64,000 nucleotides of DNA from Lama guanicoe (Eukaryota). The notes beneath the pieces were generated by a model. The model saw only the letters and a program-made list of their open reading frames with translations, was not told the origin of the DNA and made no database searches. A program made the translations under genes and the position numbers. The stretch is from assembly GCA_013239625.1 (NCBI GenBank), contig MU053561.1:3488283-3552282 (forward strand). The letters are read 5' to 3'. This document shows, piece after piece, positions 28,501 through 41,740 of this stretch (the stretch's first letter is position 1; every line of letters starts with the position of its first letter).

Positions 28501-29569
28501 TTCCTACACAACTGAAAGGGAGAATTTGCTCTACGTAGGGGGATCGATCAGTCGAGGCTATGATTCAGTAGGTGGGGATAAAAATTTGCCTTATACTGGG
28601 ACAGATGCCTCAAAGTTGCCCAGGATTAAAATCCGAATGCTACTGGAATTGCCTGAACCACTTTAGTTGGTAGAATATTGCACAAAGATGATGTAACCTG
28701 CATATCCAGACTCTTAACTCCAGCTGGGCTTTCTAAATTAAAACCAGCAATTTACATTGACTTCAGAAAACAGGGGGCCAAAGTAGATTTCAGAGACTCA
28801 ACTTTGATATCCTGGATCTGCTCAGTCTCAGAAAGAAGTCACCAATCCCAAAACCATTCTGAAAAATCCTAAATATTAGAATTCATTCAACAATGCTTGC
28901 TGAGCAACCACTATGTGCTGGGTGCATTGTTCTAGGTGTGAGGGATGCAGGGTTAAATCAGCAAAGCCTCTCCCTCTCCCTAGTGGCGCTTGCCTTCCAG
29001 TGAAGACTTTCTTGGCTGCAATGCCGGATGGGTAGGGTAAGGTCGAGTGAGTGAGAGCAGGGTGGAGTTGTTGACTTTGGAAATTTGCATACTTGCATGA
29101 CTGTCTGATCATGAAGTGGACCCAAAATCAAAACACAGCAATGTGAACCAAGTAGATGATAAAGAAGGAAGGTATCCATTATGTTGTCTTCGGTCTAAAG
29201 GCTCTTATCCCTATGTTTATCTATCTTTAAGAAGAATTAGCCAAATCTCATCTCCCTGTAGTAGTGAAAGTCACTTGGTAGAAAGTTACACTTAATGCAC
29301 AAATTCACAAAGAGAATTTGCATGATTTTCAGTACCAAGTTAATCCCTAATTTACTGGCACACAGCAATTTGAGCCAAAAGGTTATATTGCATCTTAAGT
29401 GATATAAGCTCATCTTTATCCGTTTTCATTTGAGAAGAGTGTCTCATTCTCCGCCGATCAGAGTAAATCAAATCCTCCTGTCACTTGTCTGTTCCAGCAC
29501 AAGATTTTGAATATTCTCAGTTTCACTTTCTACTCCTACCAGGCCTGAGAGTCTCCCTTCACTTTTTTT

Positions 29570-29830
29570 TTTTTTAAGTCACAGGACCTTTTGCAAATCT
29601 AGTGAAAGTTAATGTATTTTTCTCAGGAAAATGAGAGGGTGTGCTTATACACACATACATTTTTTTCCCCTAGTTTTACTCCCATGTTATTGGCAATTTC
29701 GTTTTCGTGTTGTTTTGTTTTGAATTGAAGTATAGTTGATTTGCAGTGTTGCGTTATGCACGCACATTTTGCATGCTGTTTTTTCAGAAATCACTGAGTC
29801 CAACCCCCACATTATAAACATGTTCAATTA
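29570..29830. mobile_element. Charlie-type hAT MITE fragment interrupted by a tiny L1 tail (~29660-29757)
   Basis: gtcacaggaccttttgcaaatctagtgaaag...cacattttgcat; the inserted ttgaagtatagttgatttgcagtgttg is the L1 terminus. Confidence 0.5.
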
Positions 29831-32259
29831 AGACTGTGGGAGGTTAGAGAACAGGTTTTAGGTGATTCAGGGGTCTACTGAAAGTCACATAGGTAGCTGG
29901 CACAGCAGGACATAAACCAAGTTCTCAAAAGTCTGTGGGTTTTGTTTTTTGTTTGTTTGTTTGTTTTTGTTTTTACTACCTGAGACCACTCTCTGGTATA
30001 GGCTCCATCTCTAAACCATTTTTTTTTCTTACCTGGAAATATTAATATAGAGCAACATTATCTTTGCACCACATTTGCACTCTGATTCCATGGTAAACAG
30101 AGTAAATGTGTCCCCAGACCCACGATTTTAAGGTCTGGCCTTTAGCTAGGAGGGGCTTCCCCCACTGTCTCCCAGGCCAGAAACTCTATCTTTTGGGCAT
30201 ATATGCGAATTAGTGACATGACTGCAGTCACGAACGTGTGCAGGAGGAGTGCTGCTGTGTTTGCAGGCAGAGAATGGGATAGCATGGTAGCTCTCCTTTG
30301 TGGATTATTCCTTACTCAATAGCCATTCTGCTTTTGACCTGAAAAACTGGGCCACAGAGATCCTGCCCCATCAGGCATCTTTCTATTGGGCTGTGAAAGT
30401 CTAGCATATGGCTAATTACAATTTGCACCTCCTTCCATGCTCTAACAATCCACTAAAGGATGTTTTGTCTCTTTGGTTTACTGTTTGGAGCACTTTTTTG
30501 CAGACAAAGCAGTACACAGTTCCTTTGGAGGTACTTTGTAATTTCGAATGATGGTAGAAGACGATGATCTTCTGTCTGGGTTCTTAATTATGTATTCTCC
30601 GCCTGGCCTGTTAAATGACTGTGTTTCTAATGATGTGTCATTGCCATGTACAGCATCCTGGTGACCAGCTTGCCTTTTCCTCACCATCTTCTTCCCACAG
30701 TGGAGACATGAGATGTGCCTCTTGGGGATAAAATGAAGAACTAAAGGAAGTAAAAGAAGATGAGATTTTAGAAGCAAAATGTCTATGGCATAAAATGAAT
30801 GAGTACAACTGATAATAAAGATATTTGAATCAAGATATTTGAGTCATTTTGTGTTTTTGTCTTTATTTTTATCATTGCTCTTTTCAGCTGTGTATGTGTG
30901 AGATACGAGATAAAAACACTCTGTTTCAAGGAGACGGATGTCTCTTGAAATAACATATAATGTAAAGTGATTGCTTCAAACTAAAAATTTAGATTTTAGT
31001 TTGTTGGATATGAAAATACAAACTGATAACTAGACATCACTTAAGCAGAGAAGTTTTCTATTCGGTGATGTAGTTGCACAGGGAGAAGGTGTTCTGGTGG
31101 AGATATTTTATTTGAAGCTGGATGTAGAAGGTAAGGAGGATTTGTCCCTGGGCCTCTCTTCAGGCCCTGCCAAAAAGGGACTGGCTGGCACCAAACATAA
31201 GCACGACAGCTTGATGCACTCAACTGAGACCCACATTTCTGTTTTCCTTCATCCAGGGAACAGTAAAAACACGATCTCTAATTCCCGTACTGTCATGAGA
31301 CTGTGCAGAAATAAATACGTTTTCAGTTAAAGAGTGTAAGTAGAAATATGTCCAATCACTTAGAATTTTGAAGTGCAAGCTTGGTAGTAGTGTTTTAGGA
31401 ACTAAAGTGATCTGTAAACTAAAGTGATGTGAGCCTGCATGAGTCCTGGGCCACATGGACCAACTTGGAAAAGCTGATAATATGAGGGATTTCAAATTTG
31501 AAAATTCAGCTTTGAGATCAATGTTTCTGGGATGAATATCCTTAGGGGTGACCTATGCTTCCTTAATGGGGGTGCAGAATTAGGTGAGAAGATTCTGACT
31601 TTCTCCTGTTACCCTAAATTGCTTAATGTGACCAAGACAACACAGCTATGGTAAGACTCTCACAAATACATCAGATGAGCTCCTGAACTTTAATGTTCTC
31701 CTTTTAATTAATATTTCTTCTTTAATGTAAGTATACCTTAAAAAGCACCCTTAAAGCTCCCAAAGGACGGTCAAAAGAAGCAGGGAAAAGATAACAGGGC
31801 CAGCAAATATGAGAGTTCTGCCACAGTAAGGCTGAGGACTGCTAGATCTTAAGTTCAGATGGACTAACGGGCAGGTGGACCTGAGACACCAGCCTGTTCA
31901 GGAGAACACCCACCTTGGTCATCCCTTCAGCCCTAGCCAGCTGCTCTGCGCTCAGTGACCAGGAAGTCTTGTAATTTCTACAGACAACGTCAATTCAGGG
32001 CAGAAGTGCATCTGGAGTTCTATCACAGCCACGCCTCCCTCCCTGCTTCCCCAGCACCTGCCAAGGTCACTTCAAACTTTCTTTAAAAATTACATATAAG
32101 ATAGTCCCTAAGGCCATTTAAACATACTTCCATACAGGGAAACAAAAGCACAAAGTTATCTGAAACAAAATCTTTTACAGAAAAGAGGCTGCAGGGCTGG
32201 TTATTGCTTTTTTTCTTTTTTTTCTTTTTGGTGGGAGGGGGGTGCTCACTGAAAAAGAA

Positions 32260-32740
32260 ATCTTCATAAGATTGCTTACATTTTCTTTTTTATATCTTCA
32301 TTTCTCAGTTTGTTTATGTTTTCCATTAAATACACGGCCACATTCTAACTGTTTTGAAGTCCTTGTCTACTAATCTGCTAATTCTTTCATCTCTTCCTTT
32401 CTAGGCTTGTTTCTATTGACTGATTTTTCTCTTGGTTTTAAGTCCCAGTTTCCTGCTTCTTATATAAACTTATTTTTTATTGAAAGCTCGAAATTGTGAA
32501 GTTTTGTCATTGAGCACTGGATTTTGTTGTCTTAGTTAAAGCATGTTAGCTTTTGCTGTAGCAGGCAGTTTATTTATTTGTGCATCAGCTTGATTTCTGA
32601 AGCTTGTTTTTAAGCTTTGTTAAAGAAGTGGGTCTGGAGTAGCCTTTGGTGCAGGGCTAATTCCAGCCTCCGACAAGGTCTTGACTCTTCTGAAGAGTCT
32701 AGTGACGGCCCTACATGTTCATCATAGACTTTTCACACCA
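32260..32740 (-). mobile_element. Ancient L1ME-like 5'/ORF1-region fragment
   Basis: ttgtttctattgactgatttttctcttgg...cttgtttttaagctttgtta...gggtctggagtagccttt pattern. Confidence 0.6.
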
Positions 32741-35350
32741 GTTTGGCTTTTATCTTTTCCGCACCCTCGACTCGCTCTTTCTGGGATCACCAATGACTTT
32801 TAAGTCCAGAGGATACTTCTCAGTTTTCATCTTACTCCACAAGGTTAGCATGTAATGTTGTTCACCACTCCCTCTTCTTGAAACACTTATTAAAACTTTT
32901 GTTTCATGACATCCTCCTTGTTTTCCTCTTATCTCCAGGGTTATTCTGCTAGTTCTCCTACTAAATCTTTGAATATTCCTCAGACTTTTTCCAAATTCTT
33001 CCTCTTATTTTACTTTACAGTTTCTCTTTCTCCAGGGGATCTCATGCTATCCCATGGTTTCCACTACCATCTATGTTACACTGAAAACCCCTGTGTGAGT
33101 GTGTGTGTGTTTTCTCAATCCCAGACTTTTTCCAAGCCCCCAACTTCCCCATTACCAACCACTTCATCAATATCTCATCTTGAGTATTTCAAACATGTCA
33201 TGTTCTAAAGTGGCCTCATGATTCTAGCCCACTGCCCTGCACCTGCTCCTCTTCCAAGGTTCCTGCCTCCTTGAAAGGCACCATCCAGTTTCTCATGCAA
33301 AAACATCTCGGAGTTATTCTTGAAACCTCACTCTTGATTATATGAGTCATCAAGTACATTCATTTTTTTCTTTCTAAATATATCTTGACTCTGTCCCCAA
33401 GATCCAGCAACAAACTATTGGTCCTACACACCAAATGTGTTTCTAGAGCAGAAGAGAGATACGTGGCGTGTTACCGTGACCAGGACAGTCTCGTAGTGTT
33501 GTCAGATTGTTTTGGAGGAAGCAGAACTTTTTTGTTATCCTTGGAGAATAGTTTAGACATGGTGTAGGGGTCAGTGGACATAAGGAGGTATCAAGATGGA
33601 ACAAAGAGGGTGCAGCAGAAGCCTGGGTGAGCCTCTGACCATAGGTCAGATGAGACCAAGGATGTGTCAGTGGATTCCAGGGTAGAACACAATCAACGGG
33701 GCAAAATTGTCCCCTGACACCCACCTTATACAAGATCTCAGCATATCTTCCTCCCCAAATTCAGATTCATACCAAGGAAGAAGTAGAGAGACCTCCCCTC
33801 GCCAAACTGACTGAAGTCAAATTTACAACTTCCAGGAGAATACAGCTTGAAACTGAAATTAACTTCACTTATATAAAAAATACTGTACTTCTTTGCAAAG
33901 GAATAAAAATCATACCCAATATATGACCAACATCACTGATAAAGACTTGATATTTAATCTAAATTGTAAGTAAGTGTAAATATGAAGATGAAGTAGCTTC
34001 TGAAACTAGGAGATCTCATCCTCATCCAGGCCACCATCGTTTCTTGCCCAAGGGCCAGTAATCACCTTCCCAGCGTCTCTCACTTTCACTCTTGTTTACC
34101 TCCAACCCCATTCTCTACACCAAAACATGGGTGATCTTTTTGAAATGCAAACTTGAGCCTGGAACGCCTCTGCTTATAACTCCATTAACAGTTTCTCTTT
34201 GTTTTTAGAGCCCAAATTCATTTACCACGGTCTCCAAGGCCCCACACCATCTTGCCAGTTGCCCCACACGGTCCTCTCTCCTTCTTCCTCACTTTTAATC
34301 TCTGTGCACTGGACTTCTCTCAGCTCCTCTAGCATGCTAATTCCGCAGGGCTCCAGACAGACCTGGAATCCTCCTCTTCAGTTCCTCTCTACACTTGCAC
34401 CAACCTGCTCAACTCCTATTCATCCTTCAATTTCCTGCTTAAGTACCACCTCCTCCCTGAAGCCTTCTTCCTTGGCCCAGATCAGTCTGGGGTGTCTGGT
34501 GAGCCACTCTCCTTTGCTGCCTGTAGTTTTCCCTCACTTTCCCACCATGGTACTCAGATGAGAGCAGGGCCAGGCTGTTTCCTACCCTCAACACCCGGAC
34601 ACATGTAGCACCCTAAACGGGGCTGTCTGACACACGAGGACATGCAGTGTTGAGTGAAGGAAAGGAGTCCAGAAAACTAATTCCCACCAACATGTTAACT
34701 GATAATGGTTTAAAGTGCTTCCTGGAGGGTTGAAGATATTCTAAAATTTCCAAACTTAAAGGAATGCATCTGTACTGATAAAGCTTCAATTATTGGCATA
34801 TTTCTTAGCAAGAAGCTTTCCAGCTCCTGATACCTTCAGGCTGTTCACCAGGAGACAAGGGACCAGCGATGTCTGCCATTATCCCTGAATCCCTAGGTCA
34901 TCAGTCCCCTGCCTACCTCTCTAACTTCATCTTGTGCCATTGTCCTCCTTTTCCACTGTGCTCTGTCCCGATGGGTTTGTTTCCATCTCTGAAACATACT
35001 AAGCTCTTGTCCCAACCAGGTCCTTGAGTGTTATCTCTCTATGTAGGATGCTCTCTTCATCTCCACTTTGCTCTTTACAGGGTGAGTCCCTTTACAACCA
35101 AAATGCCACTTTCTAAGAAAGGCTGGTTCTGTCATTCTCTGTCACTGCACTCTCTTTGTCTCCATCACAGCCTTTAACCACAGTTGGTCCTTTTATGCAC
35201 TTATATGTTTACTTGCTTTAGTCCACCTCCTTTACTGATCTGTCAGTGAAGGCAGGGACCACATCTACCTTGTTCACTGCTGTTCTGCCAGGATCTAACA
35301 CAGTGCCTAGGGCATAGCTACACTCAGCAAGTATGTGTTGAATCAATAAA
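32740..35350. mobile_element. Fragmented L2 (LINE2) cluster with an intervening unassigned insert (~33430-34010)
   Basis: L2 motifs: accactccctcttcttgaaacac; ggtttccactaccatctatg; aggcagggacc...ttgttcactgct...cacagtgcct...tgttgaat. Confidence 0.65.
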
Positions 35351-35600
35351 GTCACATTTATAATAAACCATGAGCTGATAGCTGTATTTCTTATGATCCC
35401 CCTCCGTGGTTTCACAAGGAAAATTGAAATGCCTTCATTAACACGATGGAGGTTTGGCAGGTCAGACACCAAAGTGCATCGGACGTTGCATCTGGATGGG
35501 TTGCTAACCTCGGGGTGGAGGATGTTGGGAGAGGGAGAGCAAGGAAGGGCAAGGGAATGGAGACTCCAAGGCGAGAGAGTGGGACAAAGCCTAAGAAAAA

Positions 35601-36481
35601 GCCATGAAAAACACTCAATATCGCTAATTATCAGAGAAATGCAAATCAAAACTACAGTAAGGTATCATCTCACACTAGTCAAGAATGGCCGTCATTAGAA
35701 AGCCCACAGACAATGAACACTGGAGAGGGTGTGGAGAAAGGGAGCCCTCCTACACTGCTGGTGGGAATGTAGTTTGGTGCAGCCGTTATGAAAAACAGTA
35801 CAGAGAGTCTTCAAAAAACTAAATGGACTTACTGTATAATCCAGGACTCTCACTCCTGGGCATATATCCAAAGGGAACTCTAATTCAAAAAGACACCTGC
35901 ACCCCAATGTTCATAGCAGCACTATTTACAATACCCAAGACATGGAGGCTACCTAAATGTCTATCAACAGATGACTGGATAAAGAAGTTGTGGTATATTC
36001 ATACAATGGAATACTACTCAGACATAAAAATAATGAAATAATGCCATTTGCAGCAACATGGATGCACCTGGAGATCACCATTCTAACTGAAATAAGCCAG
36101 AAAGAGAAAGAAAAATGCCATATGATATCACACATTTGTGGAATCTAAAAAGAGAAAAAAAAAGACACAAGTGAACTTATTTACAAAACAGAAACGGACT
36201 CACAGACATAGAAAACAAAGTTATGGTTACTAGAGGGGAAGAGGGTGGGAAGGGATAAATTGGGAGTTCAAGATTTGCAGATACTAACCACCATGTATAA
36301 AATAGATAAGTTTCTTCTGTATAGCACTAGGACCTATATTCAATACCTTGTGGTAACCTATAATGAAAAATAATTTGAAAATGAATATATATATGTATAT
36401 GTGTGACTGAAACAGAATGCTGTACACCGGAAATTGACACAGCACTGTAAACTGACTATACTTCAATTAAAAAAAAAAAAA
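35601..36481 (+). mobile_element. 5'-truncated young L1 (ORF2 C-terminus, 3' UTR, poly-A)
   Basis: ORF2 C-terminal motifs [43 protein letters not shown]; poly-A at ~36469-36481; CTAAGAAAA repeated on both flanks (35591, 36482). Confidence 0.93.
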
Positions 36482-36654
36482 CTAAGAAAAGGTGAGGGAG
36501 CAAATGCCATTTAGAGCACTTAAACCTTTGATCTGTGTTTTCCCAAGACCTTTATCTTAAAGATTTCTATTGTCCGTGCTTTAAGCATATAAAAACTAAT
36601 GTGGTTGAAGGGGAAAAAATTCAGTCCCTGGGTTAATTTTATCAAGTCACTGGG

Positions 36655-37310
36655 GTCCTGCTTTAGGGTCCTATTGTGGCCGTTACGCAGTGTCACAGAT
36701 ATAGTGGCTGAATACAAAAGAAGTCTACTCTTGTACAATTCTGGAGGCCAGACGTCTGAAATGAGCCTTATGGGACTAAAATCAAGGTGTCCACAAGGCT
36801 TGTTCCTTGCCGAGGCTCCAGGGGAAAATCTGTCCCCTGCGCCTTCTGGTGTCCGCAGACATTCCTTTATCATCACTCCAGTCCTTTCTCCATGGTCACA
36901 CACACTACCTTCTCTCTCTCTCTCTTTTTTTTTTTTTAATGTTTTTTAGAACATTTATTTTATCTTTGTACTATTTATTTATTTATTTTGGGGGGGGTAA
37001 TTAGGTTTTTTTACTTACTTATTAATTTTAGTGGAGGTACCTGGGGATTGAACCCAGGACCTGGTGCAGGCTGAGCTAAACCCTCCCCCACTGCCTTCTC
37101 TTCTGTAGTCAAATATCCCTCTGCTGCCCACTTAACAGTGACTCTTGTGACTACATTTAGGGCCTGTCTGGATAATCCAGCAGAAACTTCCTATGTCAAG
37201 AGCCTTGCTTAATCACACCTGCAAAGTCCCTTCTGCAATATAAGGTAGCGTCCTCGGTCCAGGAATTAGGATGTTCGTATCCTTGAGGGCCATTCCTCAG
37301 GCTACCCTGG
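36655..37310 (-). mobile_element. MLT1 (MLT1C-like) MaLR solo LTR, split by a SINE
   Basis: ttctggaggccagacgtctgaaat...aaaatcaaggtgtc...ctggataatccag...cttaatcacacctgcaaagtccc...gaattaggatg. Confidence 0.82.
36925..37089 (-). mobile_element. Vic-1-type SINE (internally deleted) inserted in an MLT1 LTR
   Basis: ggggattgaacccaggacc...ctgagctaaaccctcccc with T-rich tail; flanks cactaccttctc / cactgccttctc resemble a TSD. Confidence 0.82.
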
Positions 37311-38085
37311 GTCTTTTTCAAATTTGAATTTCTATCCTACTGTCTCTTTAAAAAAGTAAATGTTTGTTTTGGGTTTGGTTTATTTTTAGAACTCTAACAG
37401 GTTCTTCATAATTTTTGTTTTCTTCAGAGGGCGAGCGATTTTCAATGCTAATCAAACTTCAGCTCAAAGTGTAGAGCCTCTCATTCTTCGCTGAAACTGT
37501 TTTTATAAGAAAGAGAAAATATATCCTAAGTCAACAGAACACTTCAGTTTTGTTTTACACCAGGTGTCTTTCCTGAAAAGTGCCTTCAGTGAAACGAAAC
37601 TTAAATAAATATTTATCTGAGGAAAGATTCATTTTAGAGATGTCAACAGATAAAACACCGCAGATTTCCGTCAGGCAAAGCCTTGAGGAGCATGGGTTTA
37701 GTGTTTCTGCTCTTAACAGATACAGTCCCACCCACCTACTTAGAAAGCAGGAATTCACTCTAGGAAGTATTTTGCTTTGCTGCTTTGACTCCACACAACT
37801 GGTGCTGGAAAATCAACTTAGATGGAATTTGCCCTTTTGGTCGTTATCTCGTAACCCTGAAAACCTACTAAACTACAAAGCCCCAGGTTAAGTCAAGTTT
37901 CTGAGGGAAATGACTGTAATGACCACTCCCTGAAGGCACATAATTTGAGAGTCTGAGTGTGGAGCCTGGGGCTGCTCTTTGATGGAGACCTTAGTCTCTG
38001 GCCATGCAAGCGGGCAGCTATTTCTGAAAAGAACCCCAGCCTTCTCAGCTCAGTTGCCACGGTCATGAATTAGTTACTTCCAGCC

Positions 38086-38418
38086 CAGCGTTGTCCAAAG
38101 AGAAATATAATACAAGCATTCTCTATAAATATGTGATTGACATTTTCTAGGAGGCACATTAAAAGTAGCAAAAAGGACAAGTGAAATTAATTTTGACACA
38201 ATTGACTTAATCCAGTATATCCAAAATAGACTCATTTCAACATGAACAATAAAATAGATAATCATTGAGAGATTTTACATTCTTTAAAAATTATTTTCAT
38301 TTTAAGTCTTGACTCTGGTGCAAATTTTACACCTTCAGCGCATCTCAGGGTGGACCAGCCCCATTTCAAGGTCTCAGTGGCCACGTGTGGCTACCAGCTA
38401 CCATATGGGTTACACAGC
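38086..38418. mobile_element. MER33-like hAT-Charlie MITE
   Basis: cagcgttgtccaa start; gtgaaattaatttt...aatccagtatatccaaaata; catttcaaggtctcagtggccacgtgtggctaccagctacc end. Confidence 0.8.
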
Positions 38419-39020
38419 ATTTTTGAGTAACTAGCAAAACTTTGCTTAGTCAATAGTGGTTCTTTGCTATCATAGATGTATTCTTTTACTCCTTTATATA
38501 TTTTCTTGTTTTGTTGTATTTTTATATATTAGTTTTCTTGTTAGTTGTAAATCTTTGTTTTTTAAGAAAAAGATCTTTTTTTTCTTCAATGGGAAAGAAG
38601 AACTTCCTCTCCAGGAGTGGAAGTCAAAGGACAACCCATGTACTAAAAATAAGATAAAATGATTTTTATCCCCTGGTCAGCTTCACAGATGCTCTTTGAG
38701 CCCTTCAAAAAGATCTCCTCCAGAATGTGACCTTGACCTACAAGATGCACATAGGAAATGGTGATGGAACCACATCCCAACTGCTCTAGCAAAATCCACA
38801 TGCCTCCCAAGACAGCAGTAACTTCTCAATGCAAGGTCAAGGGCAGATTTTGGAATAAATTTGTTTTCTTGTATCTGGGATTCCTCAGTCTGCCTAAAGA
38901 AATAGCCCTGAACTAGGACTCAGGAAACGGCTTTATTAGCTAGTTGGGAGCCCTTGGGTAACTTATTTAAATTCTCTGAGCCTCGGGGCACTCATTAATA
39001 AAATGGTGAGGACAGAACAG

Positions 39021-39230
39021 ATTGGTGGTTTTCTAACACTAAGCAGTGAACTCAATTTCCAAACAAAGGTTTACAAATCCCAATATATTGAACAGATGCA
39101 GGTGGAGCTGCTCTGAGAGTGGTAAGGGCAGGGGGTTGTAGGAGATAGGGGTACAAACAGGAGCAGGATGGACCAGAGCCCCACTGCATCCACCTTCTTT
39201 TTAAATCTGAGGCACAGTTTGAAAACCCGC
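39021..39230. mobile_element. MER103C-like hAT MITE
   Basis: gtggttttc...cccaatatattgaacagatgcaggtggagctgctctg...cacagtttgaaaacc. Confidence 0.65.
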
Positions 39231-40361
39231 ATAGGCAGTCTCCATTACAGCCTTCAGCATTAAACGTTCTAGTTCTCTGCTACTCTCCATTGTACTCAAT
39301 CAGCCGGTGCTCTCAATGCACAAGCTGTAGACAAAGAACAAAGCAGGAGAAGGATCATTTCCAGGAGGTTCAAGGCTGGTTTAGGACACCATAGGTTCTA
39401 AGTACTTTCCCTCTGGAGCCCCACTACCTTACCCCGTAGCATATAAAACACAAAACTTTCTTTTGGTATCTGACAGACAGTTTATTTCAAATCTCAAACA
39501 TTTCTAAAAGTCCTTAAAAAACTCAGAGGCTAAAGGTACAGTGCCTTCAGTGCCTGATGGATACATAGCCCAGAGGAAGGTATCTCAGTGTCACGTCTCC
39601 ATATGTCCAATTTTCTTTATTTCCAGTGATGAAACATGCTGGAGCAGAACTGGCCAATGTGTAAAACTCCCCATTTCCTTCAGCAACTTTTCTTTAACAT
39701 CAAATAATTCCTGCCTTGCAGCTAGAACATCAAAAGAGCCCATCTAGGATATCAAAACTTTGAGCGAATGAATGAAGGGAAATATGAGCTATGTAAAAAT
39801 TGTACAACCGAAGCTCATTAAATATTAAAATGTCTGATCTGAACCTGAGTATTTCAGGGTATGTGACTGTTGACATAAAAATGTCTGACTTTACATTACT
39901 GGGCAAAAAAAACAACAACATAATTGTAAGACAAATAATATAATTACTAGATGATGAACTTTATTTTGTTTTGTTTTTCTAATTTGACTGCCTGTTAGCA
40001 ATATGATCGTAAGTGGAGGCAATAGGTTATTTTGTGGCATTATCAGAGAATGAGATATTCTACTGAAACAAAAAGCAAATTAACCCTTTTCATAAACCCA
40101 TATAGATCCTCCATTTAAATCAGCCCTGTGGTGATTTCTTGTTATTTTTACTGAGGGTCACTTCCCTCAAAGTATTCACCGCCTGGAGATCACAATGGAG
40201 GCATGGGAGGAAGTTTCCTTTTCCTGAAAAGAAGGCAAAATTGTTTTGCCCCTCAGTCTCAGCCCTAGGGATGCCAAAGAAGTGAAAAAGAGGTTGATGA
40301 ACTGGCCAAACAATCAAAACAAACAGCAAAATCAAGAGAGAAACAAAACAAAAGAAATAAC

Positions 40362-40385
40362 AGAGAGAGAGAGAGAGAGAGAGAG
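40362..40385. repeat. (AG)12 microsatellite
   Basis: Perfect AG run. Confidence 0.95.
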
Positions 40386-40679
40386 AAAATAAACATAAGA
40401 AAAGGTCTTAACTTAGGGAAATAAGGAGAAGAATGAAAATGGAATGTGTAACTTTCTGATTCTGTATTATGGTTTCCACCTCTGCTGAAATTCCTTCATG
40501 CTTCTTGTCCCCCTTTTCCATTAGATCCTTTAGCATATGAATCACTTATTTAAAATCCATGTCTAAAAATGTGAACATCTGGATCAGATTCTTTGATTGC
40601 TTTAAGTCTTGGTACTGTTTTAACCTCTTGATTTTGGCATGTCTTATAAATTTTTTTTTAGTCCTATAACTTGAAAAAA

Positions 40680-40960
40680 TTTTTTTAATGTTTTATATAA
40701 TTTTGAAAAGTTACTTTCCATTTAGTTATTATAAAATATTGGCTATATTCCCTATGTTGTACAATACACCCTTGAGCCTATTTTACATCCCACAGTTTGT
40801 ACCTCCCACCCCTATATTGCCCCCCCCCCCCGCCACTGGAAATCACTACTTTATTCTCTATATCCATGAGTCTGCTTCTTTTATGTTCTACTCGCTAGTT
40901 TGTTGCATTTTTTAGATTCCATATATAAATGATATCATACAGTATTTGTCTTTCTCTGAT
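40680..40960 (-). mobile_element. L1 3' fragment
   Basis: tataaaatattggctatattccctatgttgtacaatac...tttttagattccatatataaatgatatcatacagtatttgtctttctctg is typical antisense L1 3' UTR. Confidence 0.78.
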
Positions 40961-41159
40961 GCATGTCCTGTAATTTTTTATTGAATGCTGGACATTGTGT
41001 GTAGAACAGTTGAGACTAAGATAAATAGTGTTTATGTTCAGAAATAGGCGTGATTCTTTTTCTGACAGACCTATGGAGGATTAAATCAGTCTAGTCAGGA
41101 GCTGAGCTGAGTTCACCACAGGATTTTTGTTCAATAAAGAAAATCTAAACATAGGCAGT

Positions 41160-41740
41160 AAAAAGGTAATGAAGTGGGAGAAGACATTTCTAATATTCAA
41201 CATTAGCAAGTGCTACATATCTATAATGTAAAGAAACAACTTAAAATCAACAACAAAAAGACAGGAAACCCAATAGAAAAACAGTCAAAATATACACAGA
41301 GACAATTCTCAGAAAAGACCTAGGAAGAGCTACCAAGTACAAGAAGGCGTACTCAACCTCACTCTCCACAGACATGAAACTTAAAATGCTACTTTTCACC
41401 AATCAGGCTGGCAAAAATCGGAAAGGTCTGATGACACTGGGCGTTGACAAAGACATGGGGAAACAAGAACCTTCCTGTGCTGCCAGCAAATGTATAAACT
41501 AGTGAGCAGGTGACCAACAGTCAGTAAATTTAGGTGAGTAACCCATTCCTGGGTCTGTGTCTCTGGGAGATTAATTCTTGCACAGGACCAAAGAAAAACA
41601 TTGCCCAGCATATGTTAGACACTCCGTGAATGCATATTGAGTGAAAGTCTGATAGTGTTCATCACAACATTGTTTTTGGTGAGTGGAGTTGAGGCAACCC
41701 AACTACCCATGATGAGAAACACAGGAAAGTCAGATGTATG
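41160..41740 (+). mobile_element. Ancient L1 ORF2 3' fragment
   Basis: aaatcaacaacaaaaagacaggaaacccaatagaaaa...ggctggcaaaaatcggaaag, a decayed L1 ORF2 C-terminal pattern. Confidence 0.65.

Noticed and set aside
39590..39743. Minus-strand 50-codon frame MGSFDVLAARQELFDVKEKLLKEMGSF...
   Set aside because: Short, no recognisable homology, adjacent to what looks like a hAT terminus; cannot support as exon or pseudogene.
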